NCBI RefSeq assembly: GCF_006345805.1
Contig: NC_043002.1
Coordinates: 64,046,001-64,110,000 of the forward strand
DNA length: 64,000 nucleotides
DNA from: Octopus sinensis
Taxonomy: Eukaryota
Direction: 5' to 3'
The translations under genes and the position numbers were made by a program. Position 1 is the stretch's first letter. Every line of letters begins with the position of its first letter. Shown here in pieces: positions 13,926 through 26,621 of this stretch. The notes beneath the pieces were generated by a model. That model searched no databases and had not been told where the DNA came from. It was given only the letters and a program-made list of their open reading frames with translations.

Positions 13926-14416
13926 ATATATATATATATATCTATATATATATATATATATACATATGTGTATGTATATATATATGTATACCTATGACAA
14001 TTACTGTATACAAATGTACATACATAAATGTATGCGTATATCCTTATAATGGAGTATATGAATAAATATTTTTTCACCTTTATTTACGCTTGTGCTGGCT
14101 GTATGTCTTTGAATTTATAAATGGGTTGGATTTTTTAATTTTTTTAAAGTTGTTGAGAAAAATATACACGACATATTCTGTGTGTTCAAATGTTGCATAA
14201 ATATTCTGTAATAAAAACACATAACACTCAATCTCTGGCTCTTTTGTGCATATACGAACCAACACAAACACACACAGACATGTACTCACAGAAACACTCT
14301 CACTCACACACTCTTCGCACAACAGAGACACAGAGAGAAGCAAAGAAACCTACATAAATATTTACAACTGTACTTAGATCATATTAAATCATTCCTTTTA
14401 TTGACAAATTATATAT

Positions 14417-14506
<90 letters not shown>

Positions 14507-14688
14507 CTTTATAAATCATTATATATATATATGCATACATATAAGACGTTTTGGTATCTAGAAGACCCAAAATGGGAGGTAAGGATATGTGTTATGGAAG
14601 GACCATACTTAGACTCCCGGTTCAATAATAGCATGAGCGAGGAGTAGTGCGCATCTTGTGTGAGCAAGTATAAGTTAAATAAAATGAC

Positions 14689-15396
14689 GGATCTATTCCT
14701 TTTGAACGGCACATGTCAACACAATTTCTAGTTAACTAAACACTTTAAAACTTCGTATACTGGTAGAATGTGTCAAAATAAAACATTTTTTTCTCTTGGC
14801 TTTCTTGATAAAATTGTAATTCGTTTGTTTAACGTAGATTAAATCTTCGAATTTTAACCAATGAATCGCCTCTAATTGAGCTAAAATCATTTGCTACGTC
14901 TAAAACTGAGACAACATCCTGTCACTAACCCTAAACCGAACCCTAATTTTTTTTTTAATTGTTAAATTAATTTAATTGTTACGCATGTATACGTACGGAA
15001 AGCGTGTGTATAAAATTATAGAATTATTTTGTTTGTTAATTGTTTAAATTATTTTCCATTTCTTTCGTTTTAGCCTTCCGTTTTTTTTTACACGCGTAAC
15101 AATTAAATTAATTTAACAATTAAGAGAAAAATTTAGGGTTAGGGTTAGGTTTAGGGTTAGTGACAGGATGTTGTCTCAGTTTTAGACGCAGCAAATGATT
15201 TTAGCTCAATTAGAGGCGATTCATTGGTTAAAATTCGAAAAATTAAACTACGGTAAACAAACGAATTACAATTTTATCAAGAAAGCCAAGAGAAAAAAAA
15301 TGTTTTATTTTGACACATTCTACGAGTATACGAAGTTTTAAAGTGTTTAGTTAACTAGAAATTGTGTTGACATGTGCCGTTCAAAAGGAGAAGATC
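14689..15396. mobile_element. Foldback/MULE-like MITE with about 290-bp TIRs and internal TTAGGG-like repeats
   Basis: Long near-perfect inverted arms (GGATCTATTCCTTTTGAACGGCACATG... / ...CATGTGCCGTTCAAAAGGAGAAGATC); 9-bp TSD TAAAATGAC at 14680-14688 and 15397-15405. Confidence 0.85.
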
Positions 15397-15597
15397 TAAA
15401 ATGACACGACAAAGCCAAGGGAATGGAATTTCTTGGACATTTACAAAGAGAATGGTAGGATGTTTCTGAAAGAGCTGTAAGACCAAATTTATTTCTTTTT
15501 ATAAATGTCCTAGAAATTCCACACTGCATTGGCTTTGTTGTCTCATTGTATTTAACACACACTCTCCCGCTCTCTCTCTCTCTCACACACACACACA

Positions 15598-15683
<86 letters not shown>

Positions 15684-15804
15684 GTGCGTGTGTGCGTGTG
15701 TTTCTGTTGGGTTTTTTTAAAACACACCATTGCTTAATAGAAGGCTGTAATTTGTTTACATCCTTGAAAGTTAGCAAAGGGTGACTAATAGCATCTGCAG
15801 TACA

Positions 15805-16316
15805 TCTATATATATAAAACTGTAGTTGTGTGAGTGTCTGTCCCCTTCGATTTAGATTCCTAACTACTCCCACATTTTGCGGTGCAGTTTAACCAAATTC
15901 AGGTATATTATAGTCATAATTCATATCGAGCCCGTCTGAGTATTAGCGCGCTTCTACGATGAGTCTACGATTTTAAAAATAATTTAACATCATTTTTTAT
16001 TCCATTTTAATGCATAATATTTCGTGTGTCGATGGCGGCCCAGTTGGCGTCCACGCTCACATCTACACCTGTTTGCTTCTCCCCTTCTTCCCTCCCTCGT
16101 GAAGCTGTGGGGAAGGGAGTGTAAGGAAATCAACGTCGTAAAGCGTTGTCAAGGAGACCAGCGTTCTTTTAGAACAACGACTTCATGGATTGAAGACACC
16201 AAAACAGAAATGGCTAAGAAAGCCCGAATTGGCATCTATAAGGGAAGTAACTCTCTAAAAATGCTTATATAGTTATTTCCCTTACAAACCTGAGCAACGC
16301 AGGGCGATACTGCTAG
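15805..16316 (+). mobile_element. Non-autonomous Helitron (copy in duplication unit 1)
   Basis: A|TCTATATATATAAAA 5' end, subterminal hairpin CCTG-AGCAACG-CAGG, 3' CTAG|T, no TSD. Confidence 0.75.
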
Positions 16317-16636
16317 TTTAAAATAAAAATACGGAACAGTGGTCGATTTATTCGAGCATACTAAAGGGATACCCTTTCATGATCGCAATTCAATGGCAGC
16401 AGTCAGTAAAATTTTAAGATATTACCGAACCTCAAATAGCTACTTCGTTCTGCCCCTTAACTCTCTTGCTACATTTCCCAGTTAAACGGTAGCATAACTT
16501 ATTTGGGGGTATTCTATAGGGAATGCTGTTTTGCAGAAATTGAAATATATTGGATGAGAGTGCTGGTCGATATCTATAAGATCTGAAATAAGTGGGACTC
16601 TTTCTCCACTTATCCCCACTATATTACTTTCCCTGT

Positions 16637-16830
16637 TTTACTTGTTTCAGTCATTTCACTGTAACCATACTAGAGTACTGCCTTTAGTCGAGCGAATCGC
16701 TCCCAGGACTTGTACTTTGTAAGCCTAGTACTTAATCTATTGGTCTCTTTTGCCGAACCGCAGACACACCAGCATCGGTTGTCAAGCGATGTTGGGAGTA
16801 CAATCACAGACACACAAACACATACATATA
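16637..16830 (-). mobile_element. 3' half of a family B CORE-SINE (duplicated portion)
   Basis: Tail half only, cut at the internal (TA)n; same sequence as about 17817-18005. Confidence 0.8.
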
Positions 16831-16981
16831 TATATATATATTATATATATATATATACACGTGCGTTGTGTGCGTGTGTTTCTGTTGGGTTTTTTAAAAC
16901 ACACCATTGCTTAATAGAAGGCTGTAATTTGTTTACATCCTTGAAAGTTAGCAAAGGGTGACTAATAGCATCTGCAGTACA

Positions 16982-17496
16982 TCTATATATAAAACACGTA
17001 GTTGTGTGAGTGTCTGTCCCCTTCGATTTAGATTCCTAACTACTCCCACATTTTGCGGTGCAGTTTAACCAAATTCAGGTATATTATAGTCATAATTCAT
17101 ATCGAGCCCGTCTGAGTATTAGCGCGCTTCTACGATGAGTCTACGATTTTAAAAATAATTTAACATCATTTTTTATTCCATTTTAATGCATAATATTTCG
17201 TGTGTGTCGATGGCGGCCCAGTTGGCGTCCACGCTCACATCTACACCTGTTTGCTTCTCCCCTTCTTCCCTCCCTCCCTCGTGAAGCTGTGGGGAAGGGA
17301 GTGTAAGGAAATCAACGTCGTAAAGCGTTGTCAAGGAGACCAGCGTTCTTTTAGAACAACGACTTCATGGATTGAAGACACCAAAACAGAAATGGCTAAG
17401 AAAGCCCGAATTGGCATCTATAAGGGAAGTACTCTCTAAAAATGCTTATATAGTTATTTCCCTTACAAACCTGAGCAACGCAGGGCGATACGCTAG
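16982..17496 (+). mobile_element. Non-autonomous Helitron (copy in duplication unit 2)
   Basis: Same termini and body as 15805-16316. Confidence 0.75.
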
Positions 17497-17816
17497 TTTA
17501 AAATAAAAATACGGAACAGTGGTCGATTTATTCGAGCATACTAAAGGGATACCCTTTCATGATCGCAATTCAATGGCAGCAGTCAGTAAAATTTTAAGAT
17601 ATTACCGAACCTCAAATAGCTACTTCGTTCTGCCCCTTAACTCTCTTGCTACATTTCCCAGTTAAACGGTAGCATAACTTATTTGGGGGTATTCTATAGG
17701 GAATGCTGTTTTGCAGAAATTGAAATATATTGGATGAGAGTGCTGGTCGATATCTATAAGATCTGAAATAAGTGGGACTCTTTCTCCACTTATCCCCACT
17801 ATATTACTTTCCCTGT

Positions 17817-18201
17817 TTTACTTGTTTCAGTCATTTCACTGTAACCATACTAGAGTACTGCCTTTAGTCGAGCGAATCGCTCCCAGGACTTGTACTTTGT
17901 AAGCCTAGTACTTAATCTATTGGTCTCTTTTGCCGAACCGCAGACACACCAGCATCGGTTGTCAAGCGATGTTGGGAGTACAATCACAGACACACAAACA
18001 CATACATATATATATATATATATATACCTACATATATGTGACGGGCTTCTTTCAGTTTCCGTGCACCAAATCCACTCACAAGGCTTCGGTCGGCTCGAGG
18101 CTATAGTAGAAGGCACTTGCTCAAGGTGCCACGCAGTGGGACCGAATCCGGAAACATGTGGTTGATAAGCAAACTACTTACCACACAGCCACTCCTACGC
18201 C
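17817..18201 (-). mobile_element. Family B CORE-SINE, complete
   Basis: Minus-strand head GGCGTAGGAGTGGCTGTGTGGTAAGTAG, CORE-like GTGGCACCTTGAGCAAGTG, tail TGACTGAAACAAGTAAAA. Confidence 0.88.
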
Positions 18202-19897
18202 TAAACCTATGAACATAAACTAATATAGAAATATAAATCTTCCATAAAAAATGTTCATTGAGAACTGATTTGTTTAGAGAAGACAACATTAACATGGTTA
18301 ATATTGTTTCAAGATCGAAACGAATTAATTCAAGTCACAAGTAAATATTTTGGCTTTAGGAAACACGATAAATACCATTTCAAACTAACGAATACCTCAA
18401 TGGGGTGAAATGTGATTCTTTAATCTGCAGCTATGTGTGTCTGAGGCGATCCGGATGCAAAGCTATCAATTTGCATTGAATATTAAACGAGAACTATAGA
18501 TAGAAAGATTTAAATGTTCCTGGGCTATTCAAGTCCTAAATATACCGAAGCGCTTATATGCGTGTGTGCGTACGTGTATGTGTGCGCGCAAATATCGACG
18601 CTATAATTGCAAGGGAGAAACTTTTTTCACTTGTTCAATATTATCTAAGCCAAAAGGGTATTTTTCTAAATATATAGTAGTTACTATCAAAATGTCAAAA
18701 ACATATAATAATAATGATAATAATAAAAACCTTATCAGACTGGTATCGTCAAATTATTCTAAGAATTCTATTAAGAAAATAATATCTGAATTTACTCCAC
18801 CCCACGTATAAAATTGTGGGACAAGATAAATTCCGTTTGGCTTGGAATTTTCTTCGTCTTTCATATTATACACACGAAACTAGAACATGCATTTAAATTA
18901 CATTCAGTATTATACCATAACACCAATTCAGATCGTACTGCGATGATATCTATATATATTACAGATGTAATCACCCGTAAGACCGGGAAAAGATACATAC
19001 TCACGCACACATGCACGCATGTATGTACACACAAACACAAACACATACGAAAAACATACACACGTATGTATATGCATATGTTTGTGTGTGTGCATGTATA
19101 TATACATGTATAAACATAATACAAACATATATACATATATATAAGTATATATGTATATAATTATATATATATATGTGCGTGTGTGTGTGTATATGTGTGT
19201 GTATGTATGTATGTATGTATGAGCGTTGGTAGGTAGGAAGGTATACGTTTATTCATTTACCATACATATTTCATTAAGTAATAGAACGCAACACACACCG
19301 AATTAAGTTTATTCATATACTCATGAGATTCTGTCTCTCACTCTCTCTCTCTCTTGCCTTCATTTTTCCTCTTCTCACCCTCACTTCTATCTTAGCCTCA
19401 CTATTTTCCTCATTTCTCTCTCGCCGTCTTGTATTCCGAACCTTTCGCCTTTCTCTATTTTCTCCCTTCACCTATTCTGTTTCTTTCTCTCTATCGCTCT
19501 TTCTCAGTTTTTCGCTGTCTTTCTCATCTGCCAGCTGCTCCCTCGTAACACGTGGTCAGCTTTCCTCTTTTTACACAATGGTATGGTAGATGATTAATCA
19601 CAAAAGTCCTGTCCTTCCAATCTCAAATCTTTAGGATATCTACAAAGCGTTACCCACTAATTTTGTCCTCTTGGCCTCAGGCCTTACTTTGCTCGTGTGT
19701 CCTAAATCACACGCTATGTTGTCTTGCTTTGTTTAGTTTGCTCTAATTCTCGAATTCACTGCAATTTTTTTCCGGGCCCACCAATATGGGAAGAATTCAG
19801 TTTTATCGTTAATGGTGCTACCAATTGATTCATAACTCATGAAGAATTAAAGAAGTTTCGTGTTCGTGTCCCGCCTGGTTTTACTCTCAGTATACTT

Positions 19898-19928
<31 letters not shown>

Positions 19929-19930
<2 letters not shown>

Positions 19931-20175
19931 AAACGCGTGGTTTAATGGTTAGGGTGTTGAACTCATGATCGTAAGGTTGTGGTTTCGATGCCTGGAACGG
20001 GCTATGCGTTAAGTTCTTGAATAAAACACTTCATTTTCCGGTTGCTCCAGTTCACTCAGCTGGCAAAAATGAGTAATCCTGCGATGGACCTGCGTCCCGG
20101 CCATGTGGGGAATTTCTACGCCATTGAAACCGGGAAACCGACCCTTATGAGCCTGGCATGACTCGAGAAGGAACT
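19929..20175 (+). mobile_element. tRNA-derived SINE with V-domain-like centre
   Basis: tRNA-like head (TGGTTTAATGGTTAGGG..GGTTTCGATGCC), CTGCGATGGACCTGCGTCCCGGCC motif resembling the V-SINE domain, and tail CCGGGAAACCGACCC.ATGAGC shared with 49412. Confidence 0.65.
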
Positions 20176-20207
<32 letters not shown>

Positions 20208-20322
20208 ATATATATATAATATATATATAAATTTATAAATGAGGATAATATCGATATTAAATATTGATATTATCAAGTGGCCAGCATGGGAAAAATACCG
20301 TAGAAAGGTAATAATTTTTTAC

Positions 20323-20837
20323 AATTAAAAATGAGGGTGTCTGAGAGACACCACCATGCCGAAATAGCAGTCGAAACTCTGACTATAAAAACCACGTTAA
20401 ATGTTCATATCGTACCATGAGATAAGACAGAGGGACAAAATAGACAAGCCAAAGTTATTGAATAATTCAAGATCCAGGATTTCTGGTTTTACTTTAAATA
20501 AGCTTTACCGTCATCGGTTGAATATATCAAGAGTACATAAATATAGATATATATATGCAGAACAAACGATATACTTACATATACGAACGTCCATACATAC
20601 ATACATATGTACGTATGCACACGGCCAGTTAAATTGCTTGATATATTCAACCGATGACGGTAAAGCTTATTTAAAGCAAAACCAGAAATCCTGGATCTTG
20701 AATTATTCAATAACTTTGGCTTGTCTATTTTGTCCCTCTGTCTTATCTCATGGTACAATATGAACATTTAACGTGGTTTTTATAGTCAGAGTTTCGACTG
20801 CTATTTCGGCATGGTAGTGACTCTCAGACACCCTCAT

Positions 20838-20845
<8 letters not shown>
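20323..20845. repeat. 209-bp near-perfect inverted repeat (Penelope pLTR-like) with 105-bp spacer
   Basis: Arms 20323-20531 and 20637-20845 differ at about 4 positions by eye; related sequence recurs at about 37960-38240. Confidence 0.9.
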
Positions 20846-20883
<38 letters not shown>

Positions 20884-21410
20884 TTATAATTTCCACACGA
20901 TAGCAAGTGATCTCTGCCCTAGGCATGTAGGTTCAACCGTGTTTTTCTGACGTGAATTTGCTACCCAGGTATATATATATATATGCAGCACAGATGGGAG
21001 ATGTCTTCAAGGAACTTTTAGTGAACTTGTGGAGAGAGTTTCGAGAATATTGATGATTCCGTCGTTTGTCCTTCATCACAAAATATATTTTTTAAATGAA
21101 AATCACGGATGGGAAAATTATGTTTCGGGAACTAGTGTATACACTGTACATTGGGAGAGTTGAAAGAAGTGTAATTGAAATGACCATAAATAGTAACATT
21201 TTACAGAGGACAATATATTAAAAATGAAAACAGCAAACAATCTATAAGACAAGTTTTTTTCCTTTTACCATCATGATTTATATACTCATAATTTTACATA
21301 GATGAACATATGCATAGAGTATATGCATTCAAAATTGACATTAACATGAACAGACATGTGTGGTGTGTATATTCGTATGTGTGTATACAATCCATTGTAA
21401 AATCGTAAGA

Positions 21411-21464
<54 letters not shown>

Positions 21465-21897
21465 TGTGTGGGTTGGTGTATTTTTGAAGTTAAATGTATG
21501 TATAAATACAAAAGAAAGTGCAATTGTTTATCTCTAACCAATGGTTGATTGAAGAAACCTTCAAGGAATGCAACGTTTAGAGTGTATAGAAAATAAATAA
21601 AATAGTACAATTTACTCATAGTTTGCATAAAAATTTGGATATTAAAAAGGTTTCTGAACGTGGCCGAAATTATATTCAGAAGAAAATAAAAAAGTTGGAA
21701 GAGTGTGGTAGTTGTTGATGTCACAGTCCCTTCCCATACTTTTGTTTCTTGGCTGGTGGCTTTTCACCAGCCAAATAGCAATTTCTAGCATACTACTTTC
21801 GGCGGCTCATTGACACCAACAAATTTAATAAGTTCAACAGCAGTAACTACCACTGGTTCCGCCGCCACCAGCAGAATATATTTCAGAAATATATCAA

Positions 21898-21978
<81 letters not shown>

Positions 21979-22190
21979 CGTGTGTGTATATATTAGAAAT
22001 GTCCATAAATATATCAGAATATATCAGAATATAGAGATAGGTATTAGAGGAGGTGTCAGAAGTTGGTGTGCGTGTGACTCATCCTGTTTTTCGTGTGAGT
22101 GGTTCTGTAGAGATGTCTATTTTACACAATTTCTGGCGTGGAAAAATCTAAAGGAGTGGGAATAGGTATATTCATATTATGACAGGAATG

Positions 22191-22241
<51 letters not shown>

Positions 22242-22391
22242 TATATATATATTTATATTATATATATATATATATAATATATATATATACCAGAGTAAAC
22301 ACATAAATGAGAAAAAAAGGTTGAAAATAAGAGTACTCAAATAACAGAGGTAGAGTAGTATGCTTATTTAAAATCAGCAGAAATTATGCAA

Positions 22392-22437
22392 AAGCTGGTA
22401 CTCGGAGTTTCACATTCCCGTTCGTCGGACAGTTTTG
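22392..22437 (-). ncRNA. Decayed minimal type I hammerhead ribozyme motif
   Basis: Minus strand: ctgt CCGACGA ACG-GGAA-TGT GAAA C-TCCGA-G TA ccag. The core differs from CUGANGA by one base (U to C); stem II is closed by a GNRA loop. Confidence 0.45.
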
Positions 22438-23054
22438 TACACACATATCTACACACATATCTACATATATATTTCTTTCTGTAGTTTCAGCTCAGAGCTG
22501 CGACCATGCTGACACTCACATATGCATATATGAGTACAGGAAGTCACCAACAGAAAACAACATGTAATACGAAAATAAATTTGTTCAATACGCAAAAACG
22601 AGCGAACGAAATGGAAAATAAGAAAGTAACATAAAGAACGACACTTTACCAGTGCTCGGCTGTCTACACCTATATATGGATGTATGTAAGTATATATACA
22701 CATATATGCGTGTATCAATGATTTTATGTGTTTGCATGAATTGAGGATACATATATATGTACACAATTATATAGATAATAATGTATATTTACAAACATAT
22801 ATGAGTAAAATTTTGATAATTCAGTCACCATTAATATTTATCGAACTTATTGAATATCATATAGAAATTATAAGATATTATTAATGCAAGAGCAAGTTCA
22901 TTCGAACACAAAACTACCTACAGATCGATATACACAACGGTACATATAACTGGAAACTCTGGATGCCTTAACATTCGTATAATGTATGTATGTATGTATG
23001 TATGTATTTATTTATGTATGTATGTATATATATTATATATATATATATTATATA

Positions 23055-23097
<43 letters not shown>

Positions 23098-23161
23098 ATA
23101 CATGCGTACCGGTAAATCATGTGTACACATACACACACGCACACACATATACAACCCTCCC

Positions 23162-23214
<53 letters not shown>

Positions 23215-23764
23215 TATATATATATATGTATATATATATATATGCATATATATTTATGTATATATATATACATATATACGCATGTGTATATATATATACA
23301 TGCACACACACACACATATATATACATAGATATATAAATATATATATAAATTCGCGGCAGTACACCCTCATCTACTGTCTCTAACTCCTACTCTCTGCAT
23401 GAGAATATCGAACGCAAAGAGACACTGGGTCAATTTCTACTACCTTCGCAATACTTTGCTCAAAATTCCTCCTCCACCTTCCCGCTTCATACACACATCC
23501 TGCCGGTTTTTCTCTACCGCAGACACTATCTTATGTTCTCATCTTTCTATCTCGAATGTACGTATTGTGACTTATTCTGAAAATTCCCCTCTCCACATTA
23601 TGTGAATTACTCCATTAACACGTATTATATGAGAAATTTATAATACCTTTTTTTTTACTCTATCTTTTACTCTCATCACTAACTCACTCACTCTGTCTCT
23701 GTCTCTCTCTCCTCAGTCGCTCACTCTCTCTCTAATATACCTATATTTATGTATATATATATAT

Positions 23765-23812
<48 letters not shown>

Positions 23813-24424
23813 CATATATGCAGATATATTTATATTTATATTAGTGTGTACAAGGTTATATATTCAATTATATATACGTGTATATATATATATATATATA
23901 TATATGCAGATATATTTATATTTATATTAGTGTTTACAAGGTTATATATTCAATTATATATATATGTGTGTGTGTATGTGTGTGTGTGTGTGTGTGTGAG
24001 TGTGTGTGTGTACATATCTGGGTCTTTCTGTAATCAAACATATATTACACACAGACATGTACAGACACATATATATGTACACAATTATATAGATAATAAT
24101 GTATATTTACAAACATATATATACACACACATACATACCTCTGTGCATATATATGTTTGTAAATATACCTCTGTATGTATGCATGTATGAATGTATGTCT
24201 GTGTGTACAAGACTGTATGCGTGTCTGTTTGTGCATACTTACACGTTGTAGAGAATTATAGAAGGGCACATACTTACACACATACTATCTGACTGTCGAT
24301 CTCCAAATAATTTCTAACCTGCCTGTAACCGTATTTATACACACTTATATGTACGTAAATAAGTATATCTATTCATATATATATATATTTGTGTATATAT
24401 ATATCTATATATATATAATATATA

Positions 24425-24473
<49 letters not shown>

Positions 24474-24549
24474 ATGTGTGTGTGTGGTGTGTGTGGGTGT
24501 GTGTTACTTTGCATATATATAAACTTATATATACATATAATATATATAT

Positions 24550-24592
<43 letters not shown>

Positions 24593-25162
24593 TGTATGGA
24601 TTATATTATATGCTTTATATTATATATGATATATAATGTAGATATAACCGTACATATATCATAATGTATATAAGATTTTACGCTTGCATATATCTTTAGA
24701 TATGTATAAATATATTCATACATACATACATGTGTGTGCGTGCGTGTGTATGTTTGCGTGCATGTATGTGTGTATGTGTGTGTTTGTGTGTGTGTGTGTG
24801 TGTGTATGTGCGTGTTTGTGCGTGTTTTTGCGTGCGTATGTGTACACATCTGATGAATTATTTAACGAATTCAGTCACGAACAAATTTATAATCTATTCT
24901 TAATTCAGGCACAAACTATTGAATTTTGATTCAATGCAGTGCTTTTAAATGGTTTACATCTATGTTGTGAATATGTAAATAGTGAGTAAATTAAAATCTA
25001 CACGAATCTTCTGCCATTCTCTCTGTCTAGTCTTTCTTGGTCAGCGGAATCTCTATGATTAGGATATATTTATTCATACACGTAGTATTTTTTGGTTACA
25101 TACTTATGTATATATGTATATTATACATGCACATATACGCCCATACATATATGTATGCACTG

Positions 25163-25224
<62 letters not shown>

Positions 25225-25842
25225 ATGTGTGCGTGTATGTGTGCGTGTATGTGTGCGTGTGTGTATAGATATGTATAGATATCAATGTGAGTGTTTGTGT
25301 GCGTGTATTTATATAATATATATATATATAATATATATATATATGTATATTTAAGTATATGAATATATATAATAGATGTTCCCTTGAATATGTGTGTGTG
25401 TATGTGTGCGTGTGTGTATAGATATGTATAGATATCAATGTGAGTGTTTGTGTGCGTGTATTTATATAATATATATATCAATATATATATATGAGTGTAT
25501 ATATATATATATGAATGCGTGTCTGTTTGTGTGTGCGTGTGTGCATTTATTTAACATATATATAATATATATATATATGTATATTTAAGTATATGAATAT
25601 ATATAATAGATGTTCCCTTGAATATGTGTGTGTGTATGTGGCTGTCTTATTCTGTGTCTCTGTGTATCTGTGTATGGCGTCTGTGTGATTATACAAGTTG
25701 CTTATCGTAGCACATTTCACATTCTCCATCTTTGTAAAATCTAGAAATTTAATAATCCTATATAACAGGACTTACGTATACAATTGTAATTGAAATATTG
25801 TCGCAACTTATTTCAATTTTCCCGATATGTATTATAGTGTAC

Positions 25843-25884
<42 letters not shown>

Positions 25885-26621
25885 TAATAATAATAATAAT
25901 AATAATATTAATGATAATACTTAATCGTGCCAAATATACAAGTTGTATGTATAATAACTAGTAAATTATTCTTTCAAAAATTATGATTTTGTTAAATAGA
26001 ACTGACAAAATTGGATTTGTATTTATTTTTCAGCAGTTGAATTTGAGATTTTCTCGCATACATACCCCAAATATATCGCTGTTGGTCGATCTTTTATATT
26101 TGAAATATAGAAAGATCATAATTAGTTTATTAAAACTCTGTAATCACCAGACATTTCTGTTTTTATCCGGAAAATGTTAAACAAATATTTATTAGTTTAA
26201 TGTAACGTAGTAAATTTAACGTAATTTAATTACTAAAAAGTCTCTATATATTTACATTTCCTGTGAACATATGACATGACAGAATGTTCTGTGTAAAATT
26301 TGCATAGTGAATATTTTGAAGATGAGTAAGAAAATATTCTTTAGGCCATCTGCATATAATGTGAAGGAATTGTTTCGCATACCGTATTTGATTGCATTAA
26401 CGACAACTACACCTCTAAGACACAGGATACTCAAGCACTTTTTACATGTGGACCCCTTTGATTATTATTTTATTTTGGTGGATCCCAATAGCAGTTCGAT
26501 ATTTAAAAACTAGCTTTATAGAAACTTGTTTCAAAATTCCTATTTTGATTTCCATGCCGCAACATGTGTTGTTTGGACTATGTAAGATGTTAGAGAAAGA
26601 AAACTGGTCGTTTCTTGCAAT

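Larger units (their letters stand above)
15681..18025. repeat. Near-identical tandem duplication, period about 1177 bp
   Basis: CACGTGCG...GTTTCTGTTGGG starts at both 15681 and 16858. The units differ mainly by 1-4 bp indels, and the breakpoints lie in (TA)n. Confidence 0.95.

Noticed and set aside
15130-15165. Interstitial telomere or fusion site (TTAGGG)n, also near 33623
   Set aside because: Short runs lying inside TSD-flanked MITEs.
21341-21813. Hydrophobic 127-aa minus ORF and a short signal-peptide-like plus ORF (21718-21813)
   Set aside because: The first runs into a CA repeat and has AT-driven composition; the second stops after 31 aa. Neither has a recognisable family motif.
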